Below are positions 19,990 through 28,718 of a stretch of 64,000 nt of DNA, piece by piece (position 1 is the first letter of the stretch; each line of letters begins with the position of its first letter). Made by a program: the position numbers and the translations under genes. The notes under the pieces were generated by a model. That model saw only the letters and a program-made list of their open reading frames with translations, was not told the DNA's origin and made no database searches. Location: positions 248,001 to 312,000 of the IMG/VR virus record IMGVR_UViG_3300021963_000021; one strand, given 5' to 3'.

Positions 19990-20258
19990 TGTAGTTTACG
20001 AGTTCGGGGCATACCCATTTTTTCAAGTTCAGATAATTCTTCCTCATCGCAGAAGTGTTCGGCTAACTGAGCAAGCACTTCTGGCGGAAGCTCGTCAGGG
20101 TCTACAATTCTGCCCTCAGCTTTAATTTCTTCATGAGTCTTGCCCTCAAACATTTGGGTGACTTCTTTGATCAATTGATCTAGTTCTTCCTGTGTGCCTT
20201 CAAAACTATCAAAGGCGCCCGGGGCAAATTCAACCTTAACGATTTCTTTTTTAGTCAT
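19986..20258 (-). CDS. Hypothetical acidic protein
   Basis: ORF with ATGA overlaps. Confidence 0.7.
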   Translation of the reverse strand: MTKKEIVKVEFAPGAFDSFEGTQEELDQLIKEVTQMFEGKTHEEIKAEGRIVDPDELPPEVLAQLAEHFCDEEELSELEKMGMPRTRKLQ

Positions 20259-20776
20259 AGTGATGCTTTCTGTATAGCGTGACGTAGTGCTTCCTCTACA
20301 AACTGATTAAACGTTTGATCACGTTGATGTGCCATTATCATGTATTCTAGCAGTTCTTCGTCTGTGAAATCCACAGGAACACTTACACGAGTGTCGTAGT
20401 CTTCTTCATTAGCGATAGCGCGAGCTTTTTCTAACCAATCTTCTTCAACTTCAAGATCAGTGTACTGGACTGGAGATCCATCATCACGTTCCCATGCCAT
20501 ATCGTCGATCCCTCGATCTTGGACTTCGTCTTCGAAGTCTTGCTTAAACTCTGGATTTGTAAACCGATAAGCACGTTCGTTCTTATAGTCGATGGCTTCT
20601 ACCTGATACACTGCTTGTGTGCGAGTGTCAAACAGAATACTAAGTGTGTGACCATCTTGATCACCGTTCCAACTATCTAGACGATATGCGTCTGGGCCAA
20701 AACACTGCCAACCATATTCGCTACCTTCAGTGATGCGATAGTTACAGGTATCCATAAACTGTTTAAGGGTAATCAT
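20255..20776 (-). CDS. Hypothetical protein
   Basis: AAGGAG RBS and upstream sigma70 promoter. Confidence 0.75.
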   Translation of the reverse strand: MITLKQFMDTCNYRITEGSEYGWQCFGPDAYRLDSWNGDQDGHTLSILFDTRTQAVYQVEAIDYKNERAYRFTNPEFKQDFEDEVQDRGIDDMAWERDDGSPVQYTDLEVEEDWLEKARAIANEEDYDTRVSVPVDFTDEELLEYMIMAHQRDQTFNQFVEEALRHAIQKASL

Positions 20777-20805
20777 TGGAGAGCTCCTTTAGCTGTTGAT
20801 ACTAC

Positions 20806-20834
20806 ATTATAGCAAAGGATAGAGATTTTGTCAA
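20806..20834 (-). promoter_or_regulatory. sigma70 early promoter
   Basis: TTGACA-17 nt-TATAAT exact consensus. Confidence 0.9.
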
Positions 20835-21079
20835 ATAAAAATTTTGGATTCCTGCTCTTTTTGATAACGTTCTTTGAACATTTCTCCGCAGGCTTTTTTG
20901 ACTTCAATTGGGATATCTGGATGCCAGTGAGCATCGCGACAGTCGTAGACCACTACACGGCCGTCTCTTCCAAAATCTGTAAAAATTAAAAAGAATATAC
21001 AAGCAATAGCTACTACAGTCAAAATTATCTTATCTCGATGTAGTAGTGCCCAATCGATAATTTTAAAAATATATCTCAT
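20831..21079 (-). CDS. Hypothetical membrane protein
   Basis: Single TM helix. Confidence 0.65.
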   Translation of the reverse strand: MRYIFKIIDWALLHRDKIILTVVAIACIFFLIFTDFGRDGRVVVYDCRDAHWHPDIPIEVKKACGEMFKERYQKEQESKIFI

Positions 21080-21089
21080 TAAGTAATTA

Positions 21090-21491
21090 TCACTTAAATG
21101 GTTCTAAAGCATCTTGATCGACGTTTTCGGTCATGTGTAACATGAAGCGATAAGCGTCCCAGGCTTTTTTCACAGCATCGTTTTCGCTGAGCTCTGTAGG
21201 GAACATATCAACCCAAATGCTGTTCTCTGGCTGTTTGTGACGATGAATACCTTCACGACGAGGTTGGATTAGTTTATTGCTGTTCCAAAGACTACGGGCA
21301 ACACGCTTACATTCTTCTTCATCTAATCCGTAAAGATAATCACTGCGTAACATATAATCTTCAATGACACGATCTAACTGTTCTTCTTCACGGATACAGG
21401 TAGCACCAATGATAAAAGCAACCTCATCTTCGCTGATCTTGCCCATAACGATATCGCGGACACAGCGACCAAGACTAAAACCGATTTTCAT
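21090..21491 (-). CDS. Hypothetical protein
   Basis: ORF in operon. Confidence 0.7.
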   Translation of the reverse strand: MKIGFSLGRCVRDIVMGKISEDEVAFIIGATCIREEEQLDRVIEDYMLRSDYLYGLDEEECKRVARSLWNSNKLIQPRREGIHRHKQPENSIWVDMFPTELSENDAVKKAWDAYRFMLHMTENVDQDALEPFK

Positions 21492-21670
21492 AGAGAGACC
21501 TGTCCAATCATTGAAATTAACATATACAAACTAAACAAACCTAGCGCCATACTAAATGCTAAAAATCTACCAGACGGCTTGTCTTCGATCTTACTGATTC
21601 GATAAGCAGTCCAAAACATTCCGCTTTGGAACATCATTATGGAACCCAAAGTCAAATAAATCAAAATCAT
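21488..21670 (-). CDS. Small membrane protein
   Basis: Two hydrophobic helices. Confidence 0.6.
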   Translation of the reverse strand: MILIYLTLGSIMMFQSGMFWTAYRISKIEDKPSGRFLAFSMALGLFSLYMLISMIGQVSL

Positions 21671-21701
21671 TTTTGAACCTAATTAGTAGTTTCTATAATA
21701 T

Positions 21702-21730
21702 AGTATAGCACCAATTTAGGATTTTGTCAA
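21702..21730 (-). promoter_or_regulatory. sigma70 early promoter
   Basis: TTGACA-17 nt-TATACT. Confidence 0.85.
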
Positions 21731-22770
21731 GCTGGTTGTTCTTGCCAGGTGTAATCAAATGTTCTAGAATGGACAACATTACCATCATCGTCCTTTAGTT
21801 GTATTTGATATAGATCGTTGCGCAATCGTAGTTCGGTTGCTACCTGTTTACGAGTCTGCGATGTATCTATGTCAGCTACTACAGGAAATCCTATGCCAAG
21901 CATTTTATCATTGATATCAAAATCATTCTGCTTGAGCCATTTTTTAAATTTCTTACTGATCTTTGCTTCTGGCTTGATTGGAAGATTAACAACAAACTCT
22001 CCAGTTAAGTATTTCCAACTGCTGATATTATTTTTATCTATATGTTCGTCTTTATCGTTAAAGGCATCTAGGTGAGTTTTTCCTAGTTGTGCGTAGTAAA
22101 TGAACACATTGCCCCAATGGTATTGATCAGTGAAACATTCGTACTGTTCCAGTGTGATTTCATCTTTCTGTTTGTTTAAAAAATATCTGCCATCAAAGTC
22201 TGGACAGTTCATACCCACGTTAATAGACATGCCCGGATGAAGATCAAAGAAAGGGATCATGTTCAACATCTTCTGTTCATTTATAGCTGCGACTATGCCT
22301 TCGATCTCGTGACAGTAGTTGTTCAACATACGTATAGACATACGGGTAGTTTCATCTGCTTTTTGATACCATTCGCTGATATTCCAACTCTGCCCAATCA
22401 ATATCTCGAAGTGATGATGTATGTCATTCATCAGCTGTTGGTATTGTTTAGACATCAGCTTTTCTACAGTGAACTCTAAATCAATATGCGGATACCCGTG
22501 TTCTTTCATTCTGTAGTTGACAAAATTTATAGCACCATTGAGCTTTTCGCAGATGTAGTGTAGATTCCTTGGAGAGTTAGATTCCCAGGTAGTCTGCCAG
22601 CCGTGTAGACTGTAAGGTTTTTCAATAGGATGGCCAGTGGTTAGAAGATTCTTTATTAGCAGATCAGTCCAGTGCTGTGCTAGACTGTTGTCTCGTATAT
22701 TGAAGTTGAGATCATACGTATCATGTATGTTGTTAGTATCTCTGAATACCAGTGTCAGTTTCATGCCCAC
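21727..22770 (-). CDS. Hypothetical protein
   Basis: 347-aa ORF, no recognised motif. Confidence 0.75.
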   Translation of the reverse strand: MGMKLTLVFRDTNNIHDTYDLNFNIRDNSLAQHWTDLLIKNLLTTGHPIEKPYSLHGWQTTWESNSPRNLHYICEKLNGAINFVNYRMKEHGYPHIDLEFTVEKLMSKQYQQLMNDIHHHFEILIGQSWNISEWYQKADETTRMSIRMLNNYCHEIEGIVAAINEQKMLNMIPFFDLHPGMSINVGMNCPDFDGRYFLNKQKDEITLEQYECFTDQYHWGNVFIYYAQLGKTHLDAFNDKDEHIDKNNISSWKYLTGEFVVNLPIKPEAKISKKFKKWLKQNDFDINDKMLGIGFPVVADIDTSQTRKQVATELRLRNDLYQIQLKDDDGNVVHSRTFDYTWQEQPA

Positions 22771-23030
22771 CTCATAGCAAACATTGTAGCATCATGTTCA
22801 TTTTCAAAATACCAAATTCTACCATGTTGGTCGCTGAGATCTCTAAACTTATTTTGACAGTGTTCTAAACACCATGTGAGTTTATCTGAAAAATAGTCAT
22901 CATTGGTTATCAGCACAGAGTGATATGATTCTAATAATTCCATCAGTCGACTATCAGTCTTTAGTGACTGCTCTGATTGAAATGGTTTGAACAGCGTACT
23001 AGTTCTTGCCTCGTATGGAGTCCTGCTCAT
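22761..23030 (-). CDS. Small paralogue-family protein (WCxExC...F..E.DA..F.LRW)
   Basis: TWCLEHC...WYFENEHDATMFAMRWA. Confidence 0.7.
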   Translation of the reverse strand: MSRTPYEARTSTLFKPFQSEQSLKTDSRLMELLESYHSVLITNDDYFSDKLTWCLEHCQNKFRDLSDQHGRIWYFENEHDATMFAMRWA

Positions 23031-23485
23031 TTATCTCCGTACCTTAACAACCATTCTGTTAGAGCAGGGCCCATTAGTTTAGCTCGGATCTGATATTGGT
23101 ATCCGTAGCTCATTGGGTCTGCCATTCTGTACCACGTCGGCGTGTCTGCAGCATTTTTCATAATCCACTGTCCCTGATCACTTTTTTCCCATTCGTACAA
23201 GGGCTGGGCAGCATACAGGTCTGGGTCCTCTACATCTCCCAATGAAAATTGATGAACAACAACTTCTTTACATTCTTCCACACGATCTCCTACGATGTTG
23301 TACTTATAACGTGGTGGTGTATGAGTATATGGAGAATGATGTTTAAAATAAGAATCAGCCAAATACTGATTAACACTGGCAGATCTATCCGGCCCATTTG
23401 GCCACATTATGCTCTCTTTGACTTTACCCACGTAAGCCCCATGCCATAATAAACAGCAGTGCTTCTCGACTGTCTTCGAACACAA
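23027..23485 (-). CDS. Hypothetical protein (true start probably downstream)
   Basis: ORF overlapping its neighbour; possible divergent member of the paralogue family. Confidence 0.6.
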   Translation of the reverse strand: MCSKTVEKHCCLLWHGAYVGKVKESIMWPNGPDRSASVNQYLADSYFKHHSPYTHTPPRYKYNIVGDRVEECKEVVVHQFSLGDVEDPDLYAAQPLYEWEKSDQGQWIMKNAADTPTWYRMADPMSYGYQYQIRAKLMGPALTEWLLRYGDK

Positions 23486-23690
23486 ACTTTCTGCCTACAT
23501 GATGATAACCTGAATTACAGTTTGCTTCACACCATTCTAGGATGTTTATTGATCGCTTTCTGCTGCCAAGGGTTTCTAGTACAACTGATTGCCAACCAAT
23601 CTCTTTGTAAAGTTCAAACAGTATTTCCGCATCTATTTCTTTGGCTATTTCTTTGCCTAGTTGTTCTGTTATTTGTTCTTCTAGGTTCAT
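23424..23690 (-). CDS. Small paralogue-family protein
   Basis: EWCEANC...FVFEDSREALLFIMAWG. Confidence 0.7.
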   Translation of the reverse strand: MNLEEQITEQLGKEIAKEIDAEILFELYKEIGWQSVVLETLGSRKRSINILEWCEANCNSGYHHVGRKFVFEDSREALLFIMAWGLRG

Positions 23691-24121
23691 AGTCTGCTCT
23701 CCAACTCTTTTTCAAAAATACCCCACCCTAGTCTACTCTTCGGTGTATTTTTTCTAGCCTGTACACACAGATATCCTTCATTATCTACAGTAACATCCCA
23801 TCTATAATATTGTTCACTGTATAGGTAATCTTTAAGGTCTCGTAACAATCTTATCGGATAAACAAAATCTATATCTATAGTCGATAAAGCACTGTTCCTT
23901 TTTCCTTTTAGGATATCTAACAGTTTAAGTTTCTCTAGATTTTTTTCATTTAATGGCTCGAACGATACACGGTCGTAGAGAGCATAACCATCATAATGCT
24001 GCCCCAATGCTTCATCTTTGATTTTATTAAAGTCATATTCGCGGATGATGACTTTTCTTCGTAGTGTTCTTATCGCCATTTTAATATAAAGATAGTTCTG
24101 TCCATTTCGCTGCGAAACCAA
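23687..24121 (-). CDS. Hypothetical protein
   Basis: ORF in operon. Confidence 0.6.
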   Translation of the reverse strand: MVSQRNGQNYLYIKMAIRTLRRKVIIREYDFNKIKDEALGQHYDGYALYDRVSFEPLNEKNLEKLKLLDILKGKRNSALSTIDIDFVYPIRLLRDLKDYLYSEQYYRWDVTVDNEGYLCVQARKNTPKSRLGWGIFEKELESRL

Positions 24122-24513
24122 AACTTGCGATTATTAGCGTACCAACGCTGCTCAGGTTCTGGCGCTTTGTTTTCTGCCCATATAGAATGTTCCGCTGATC
24201 CGAACATCTCTACACACCATTGTTCCATTTCATGCCAATCACCGCCGAGAGGTTCTGCGGTGTAATATCTAGCACCGTAGACTTTTCCTTCAGACAGTCG
24301 TATATCGATCAGTGGCTGTGAGTACACATCCTGGAATAAACGATTAAGAGCATTCAAAGCACTTTTGCCCATTTGTCGTCCAGTAATCTGAACCACTCCT
24401 TTGCCTTTGTATTGTGCCATCTTATCTAATAAGTCTTTCTGCCAAGGTTGTATATTCATGACGACCAACGTAAACAGAACATCATAAACTCTTTGCCGTC
24501 TTTGAAACACCAA
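24070..24513 (-). CDS. Paralogue-family protein with N-terminal extension
   Basis: QWCVEMF...FWFRSEMDRTIFILKWR. Confidence 0.65.
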   Translation of the reverse strand: MVFQRRQRVYDVLFTLVVMNIQPWQKDLLDKMAQYKGKGVVQITGRQMGKSALNALNRLFQDVYSQPLIDIRLSEGKVYGARYYTAEPLGGDWHEMEQWCVEMFGSAEHSIWAENKAPEPEQRWYANNRKFWFRSEMDRTIFILKWR

Positions 24514-24686
24514 GTATTAGTATCACTGTTGTAATACCAATTGGGTTCATAGTAGCCACCGTGATAGAGCTTTTCTTCGCACCAACGATAAATGTCATCA
24601 CTGTTACCTTTGGCACGAGTTTGGAAAGGCCAAATTGACTTGTTCATAACTCTCATTTCAACTTGTTGCCTTCTGCTGTGGCCCAA
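24456..24686 (-). CDS. Small paralogue-family protein
   Basis: RWCEEKL...WCFKDGKEFMMFCLRWS. Confidence 0.65.
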   Translation of the reverse strand: MGHSRRQQVEMRVMNKSIWPFQTRAKGNSDDIYRWCEEKLYHGGYYEPNWYYNSDTNTWCFKDGKEFMMFCLRWSS

Positions 24687-24916
24687 CGAAGCATAAACAT
24701 CGTAGCATCGTAGTCATCTTCGAACTGCCAATACAATGCGTGATAAGTTTCTTGTCGCCATAATCCGTTACAGTTTTCTTCACACCATGATTTCATTAAT
24801 TCGACAGTTTCGTATCCGACCGTTTCAAAATTAACTCGATGACTAAAGGTGGCACGAGCTCTTGTTGCCAAGATCTCGTTCACACTACCAACCTTTAATC
24901 CTCTACTCATAACCAT
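24653..24916 (-). CDS. Small paralogue-family protein
   Basis: SWCEENC...WQFEDDYDATMFMLRWA. Confidence 0.7.
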   Translation of the reverse strand: MVMSRGLKVGSVNEILATRARATFSHRVNFETVGYETVELMKSWCEENCNGLWRQETYHALYWQFEDDYDATMFMLRWATAEGNKLK

Positions 24917-25170
24917 TTCAACATAAACAGTTCACAAGTTGCTTCATCTTGAAAAATGATAGCCCATTCTTCTCTGGCCTTTATAGTAACACAGTTCCAA
25001 TCTTTTTGATATGTGTGGCCACGTTCTTCCATCCATTCATGTATGGGCGGAATTGGGTGTAGCTGCTCAAAGCCTGTTTCGTAGTAAAGTACATCATACA
25101 CTTCCGGAGCGGTAAGAATCAGCGCATACGGACACTTACCAGTCCATGTATTTCTGTATACCACAGGCAT
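24907..25170 (-). CDS. Small paralogue-family protein
   Basis: EWMEERG...IIFQDEATCELFMLKWL. Confidence 0.65.
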   Translation of the reverse strand: MPVVYRNTWTGKCPYALILTAPEVYDVLYYETGFEQLHPIPPIHEWMEERGHTYQKDWNCVTIKAREEWAIIFQDEATCELFMLKWL

Positions 25171-26024
25171 TACACTTCCAATATAAGATTGTCGTCATAG
25201 CCAGTTTGCTCGCTGTATCCTTCATTTTCATAACCACGTGGATTACAGACAACTCTAGTGTCGCCGATCATGTAATCAAAACAGTGATGCGTGTGGCCGT
25301 GTGTCCACAGTTTGATCTGAGGATGATCCATGATAAACTCGCTGAGTTCGCTATGATAACCACCGTTCATCAGTGTGTCGTGTGCGTACTGCGGATGTAT
25401 ACTTTGATGGCTAGGACTGTGATGACCGACTACAACACATTTACTATCTTTGTTATCAGCTAACACCAATTTAAAATACCGTAGAGTCTTGACATGCCGT
25501 TCAAAGATATCCTGTGTAGACATAGGAGCGTAGCCACGATGTTCGTTGCGAATGATGCGGAAGTCGTTCATCATATCTTTCAAAGCGTGCATAGTCAGTG
25601 GGTCGTGCTTGTTACAGTCAGTCCACAGTGTGGCACCTAAGAACAACACATCGTCGATTTGTTTGACTTCGCGCTCTAAGAAATAGACGTTAGGGAATTT
25701 GTTACATTCTTCTCGTAGATAATCTAGGCCAGCATGAAACTTGCCATGATAGAACTCGTGATTGCCAGCCACGTAGATCACGTGAGGAAACTGAAAACTC
25801 ACACGCTTCAAGAAATCACGAAAGCGTAGAGCAGCGGCCTGCCTGCGTCCAAGACCTGCTAAGTCCACGTGAGAATACATACCGTACTCCATGTGTGGAT
25901 GGTCATGGAGATCCTGTGCGACCATGATGTCGCCGCTGAGAATTAACACATCGTAGTTGTGATTGTTTGGGACATTGAAGTCACTGAATTCTAGATGTAT
26001 GTCCGATACTAATTTGATTTTCAT
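25170..26024 (-). CDS. Calcineurin-like metallophosphoesterase
   Basis: SDIH, GD, GNHE, GHH, HGHTH motifs; start reassigned to MKIKLVSD. Confidence 0.92.
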   Translation of the reverse strand: MKIKLVSDIHLEFSDFNVPNNHNYDVLILSGDIMVAQDLHDHPHMEYGMYSHVDLAGLGRRQAAALRFRDFLKRVSFQFPHVIYVAGNHEFYHGKFHAGLDYLREECNKFPNVYFLEREVKQIDDVLFLGATLWTDCNKHDPLTMHALKDMMNDFRIIRNEHRGYAPMSTQDIFERHVKTLRYFKLVLADNKDSKCVVVGHHSPSHQSIHPQYAHDTLMNGGYHSELSEFIMDHPQIKLWTHGHTHHCFDYMIGDTRVVCNPRGYENEGYSEQTGYDDNLILEV

Positions 26025-26040
26025 TTTTAATTCTTTCTGT

Positions 26041-26271
26041 CTAAGTAGACTGTTCGATACGAGCTCGAATACTAGCGTCAACGCAAGTACCTTCCATTAC
26101 TGTGATAGTGGCATTTTGCTCTGCTTCTTTAACTAACTCACGCATATGTTCTTTTTGTCGTTCTAGGGATGATCGACATTGTTCTTCATGTAAGAAATAA
26201 GTCTTGGCCTGCATAAACTCGCAATGAGTATTAACACAGATCCATAATATTGGAATAAAGATTTCAATCAT
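26041..26271 (-). CDS. Hypothetical protein
   Basis: 76-aa ORF. Confidence 0.6.
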   Translation of the reverse strand: MIEIFIPILWICVNTHCEFMQAKTYFLHEEQCRSSLERQKEHMRELVKEAEQNATITVMEGTCVDASIRARIEQST

Positions 26272-26849
26272 TCTTCTAGTCCGTTTTGTTTTGCGTAGGC
26301 AGCTCTGGCCTCTTCACGCTTGATTTCGCATGGCGCACAGATAGTACGAATCCATCCTTGGCCGCCTGTGGTAGCTGGATTACCGCATTCTTCGCAGGTA
26401 CAGCCGCTCATGCTTTCTGCCATACGAACCATGCCGTTGATATGATCGTCACCGCCTGTGTAATAGAAGCGCAGTGTGCCAAACTTCTCTTTGACTTGAT
26501 CTACAGTGACCTGCGGTACGATAGGGCGCACATCACGGAATCCTCTTTCAAGAGTTTCTTTCATACGGTCATCTGCGTCCAGCCAGCCACCGTAGTATTT
26601 TTCAAGCTCAGTGATATCCCCGGCCATGGCCGCAGCGATCATTTCATTGTACTTGGTATCGCTGTTATAATTTTTAACACTCCAATCGATGTGATGTTGG
26701 ATGTTAGAGCACAGGCTACGAAGTATGTTATACCAACCATCGCCACACTCGAATCCCCAACACATACAAGTTTCAGTCATAGACTTGCGTCTGTTTACAA
26801 ACAGCTTGGGGAAATCACTACAGAGTTTTTCATCTAGTTCTTGACGCAT
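26268..26849 (-). CDS. Hypothetical protein (QVKEKFGTLRFY...CEECG motif)
   Basis: Start reassigned to ATG 26849 after GGAG; the track start lies in the promoter. Confidence 0.75.
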   Translation of the reverse strand: MRQELDEKLCSDFPKLFVNRRKSMTETCMCWGFECGDGWYNILRSLCSNIQHHIDWSVKNYNSDTKYNEMIAAAMAGDITELEKYYGGWLDADDRMKETLERGFRDVRPIVPQVTVDQVKEKFGTLRFYYTGGDDHINGMVRMAESMSGCTCEECGNPATTGGQGWIRTICAPCEIKREEARAAYAKQNGLEE

Positions 26850-26880
26850 AGGAGCTCCGGATATGGGATAATATGCTATT

Positions 26881-26909
26881 ATTATAGCACCGACTGGTTT
26901 CTCTGTCAA
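26881..26909 (-). promoter_or_regulatory. sigma70 early promoter, divergent from a plus-strand TAAATA late promoter (26914-26919)
   Basis: TTGACA-17 nt-TATAAT exact. Confidence 0.9.
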
Positions 26910-26946
26910 CGGTTAAATACACATATAACAACTGTTGGAGCGAAAA

Positions 26947-27228
26947 ATGGGCGACATCTTTAAAATTATAGGCGATTTGGGTATGCCAATCGCAGCAGCG
27001 TTAGCAGGCGGGTATTTTGTATACTTAACAATCAAGCTGCTTTTACAGGGCGTTTTAGGCAGTATAAAAGGCATGGCCGGTATTATTACTGCGTTGGACA
27101 ACCGTGTAAAAACAATGAACCACGATGTTGTACGTATTGATACTATTGTATCCAACGCACTAGGATTGCGCCCAGATGTAGATCGTATTGCTAGAGCGGA
27201 TGGAAAGAATGATGCGAGAAGGGACTAA
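26947..27228 (+). CDS. Single-TM coiled-coil membrane protein
   Basis: TM followed by ALDNRVKTMNHDVVRID; similar to 27570-27944. Confidence 0.75.
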   Translation: MGDIFKIIGDLGMPIAAALAGGYFVYLTIKLLLQGVLGSIKGMAGIITALDNRVKTMNHDVVRIDTIVSNALGLRPDVDRIARADGKNDARRD

Positions 27229-27230
27229 AA

Positions 27231-27431
27231 ATGTTATATTTTGATTACAATTGGGATTTAAGCCCTGCTGGAATAAGGCTCGACGAGGAACTCGATACAG
27301 ATAATCTAGGTTGGAAGGGCGGCGACTATTTTCAACTGGTAAACATAAACGGTAAACAGATGTTGAAACGAGTCGATCCGTTGGTTAAATTTATTAAAGA
27401 TGGAGAAAAGGTAAATGTTCAAACCAAGTAA
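27231..27431 (+). CDS. Hypothetical protein
   Basis: 66-aa ORF in plus-strand operon. Confidence 0.6.
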   Translation: MLYFDYNWDLSPAGIRLDEELDTDNLGWKGGDYFQLVNINGKQMLKRVDPLVKFIKDGEKVNVQTK

Positions 27432-27570
27432 ATTGGAGAGTTGGTATGACAGTTTACCTGCCCATACAAAAGAATATATAAAGAACCAACCAGTATGGCA
27501 TGATAGAGACATCTATAAAGCACTTGCTATAGGATTTTTTGTAGGATTAATTGTTGGAGTGATGTTATAA
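27415..27570 (+). CDS. 51-aa membrane protein missing from ORF track
   Basis: MFKPSKLESWYDSLPAHTKEYIKNQPVWHDRDIYKALAIGFFVGLIVGVML*; stop overlaps the next ATG (TAATG). Confidence 0.7.
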   Translation: MFKPSKLESWYDSLPAHTKEYIKNQPVWHDRDIYKALAIGFFVGLIVGVML

Positions 27571-27944
27571 TGGATGTAGTAGAGTTAGTTAATAAGTATG
27601 GTTTTCCGATTGTCATGGCAGTGGGCCTTGGCTTCATTATTAAATATGTTTGGACATGGGCCACCACTGAAGTTAAGCCGGTAATCTCAGATGCTAATAC
27701 TGTGTTGATCGCTCTGATTGATCGCATTCGTATGTTAGACAATGATTTGATTCGTTTAAATCAAAAAGTAAACACAGTATTACATCTGCGTGGTAAGATG
27801 ATTGAAAGTGACCGCGTTATGGAAACAGCATTAGTCGAAGCACAGGCAAATAAGAAATTTCACGAAGCCATGGACGAAGCGGATAAAATATCAAAGAAGC
27901 CAGAAACTTCAGATGACAAAGAATCAAAGAGCGGAAGCTCATAA
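27570..27944 (+). CDS. Single-TM coiled-coil membrane protein
   Basis: TM followed by ALIDRIRMLDNDLIRLN; paralogue of 26947-27228. Confidence 0.75.
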   Translation: MDVVELVNKYGFPIVMAVGLGFIIKYVWTWATTEVKPVISDANTVLIALIDRIRMLDNDLIRLNQKVNTVLHLRGKMIESDRVMETALVEAQANKKFHEAMDEADKISKKPETSDDKESKSGSS

Positions 27945-27947
27945 AGA

Positions 27948-28034
27948 ACACACCTTAGGACCCGTTTAATTACGGTGTGTGTGCCCGGCTGCTGGGCGAG
28001 GATGATAGTAGGAGTCGTGCCCGAGGGCATCCTC
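27948..28034 (+). ncRNA. Candidate structured RNA / leader
   Basis: Three consecutive stems: ACACAC/GTGTGT with inner CCGT/ACGG; GCCC/GGGC; GAGGATG/CATCCTC. Confidence 0.45.
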
Positions 28035-28060
28035 AAGTGAGCTTTATGAAAGGATCGGAA

Positions 28061-28711
28061 ATGAAAGGCAAAATCGCACTATTCATTCATCACCCTAAGT
28101 GTTCAATTGAATGTGGTAACGGAATTCTAGAAGCCCTTCAACCGTATTATAAATTTAAAATATTCACACGCTGGCATCTTGATGCCAATTTTTTTGACGA
28201 TGTCGATATGATAGCAGTGCCCGGAGGCATCGGAGATTCAGATAGCCACGAAGCACTCTTTAGAGAAAACGGAGAACGTGTACGTAACTTTGTAAAAGGT
28301 GGTGGCAAGTATCTAGGAATATGTATGGGAGCATACTGGGCGGATCAGTATTATTTTGATCTGTTCAAAGACATACGTGCTAGCCAATACATCACTCGCC
28401 CTGGCACAGATACAAAAAGACCCCATGCCAAGGCGCAGCGAGTGTTATGGAAAGGTCAAGAAGAACTCATGTACTTCTACGATGGCTGTGCTTTCCATGG
28501 AGAAGGTTTAGATACAGCAGATATCTATAGCCTTTATCCAAACGGAGATCCTATGGCAATAATACAGGATAATGTAGGTGCTATAGGATGTCATCCAGAA
28601 AGTGAAATCAGTTGGTATACAGAATATCACAGTTGGATGAAGCCCTATTATCACGGTGGGCGACACCATGAATTATTGCTAGACTTTGTTAACGATTTAT
28701 CCAAGCGATAA
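28061..28711 (+). CDS. Class I glutamine amidotransferase-like (BPL_N-type) protein
   Basis: VPGG, YLGICMGAY nucleophile elbow, HPE; start reassigned to ATG 28061. Confidence 0.8.
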   Translation: MKGKIALFIHHPKCSIECGNGILEALQPYYKFKIFTRWHLDANFFDDVDMIAVPGGIGDSDSHEALFRENGERVRNFVKGGGKYLGICMGAYWADQYYFDLFKDIRASQYITRPGTDTKRPHAKAQRVLWKGQEELMYFYDGCAFHGEGLDTADIYSLYPNGDPMAIIQDNVGAIGCHPESEISWYTEYHSWMKPYYHGGRHHELLLDFVNDLSKR

Positions 28712-28718
28712 ATATTTC

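Noticed and set aside
26849-26909. N-terminal extensions of track ORFs (26909, 47626, 41329, 49283, 27977)
   Set aside because: The extensions run through promoters or structured leaders; downstream ATGs have proper RBSs
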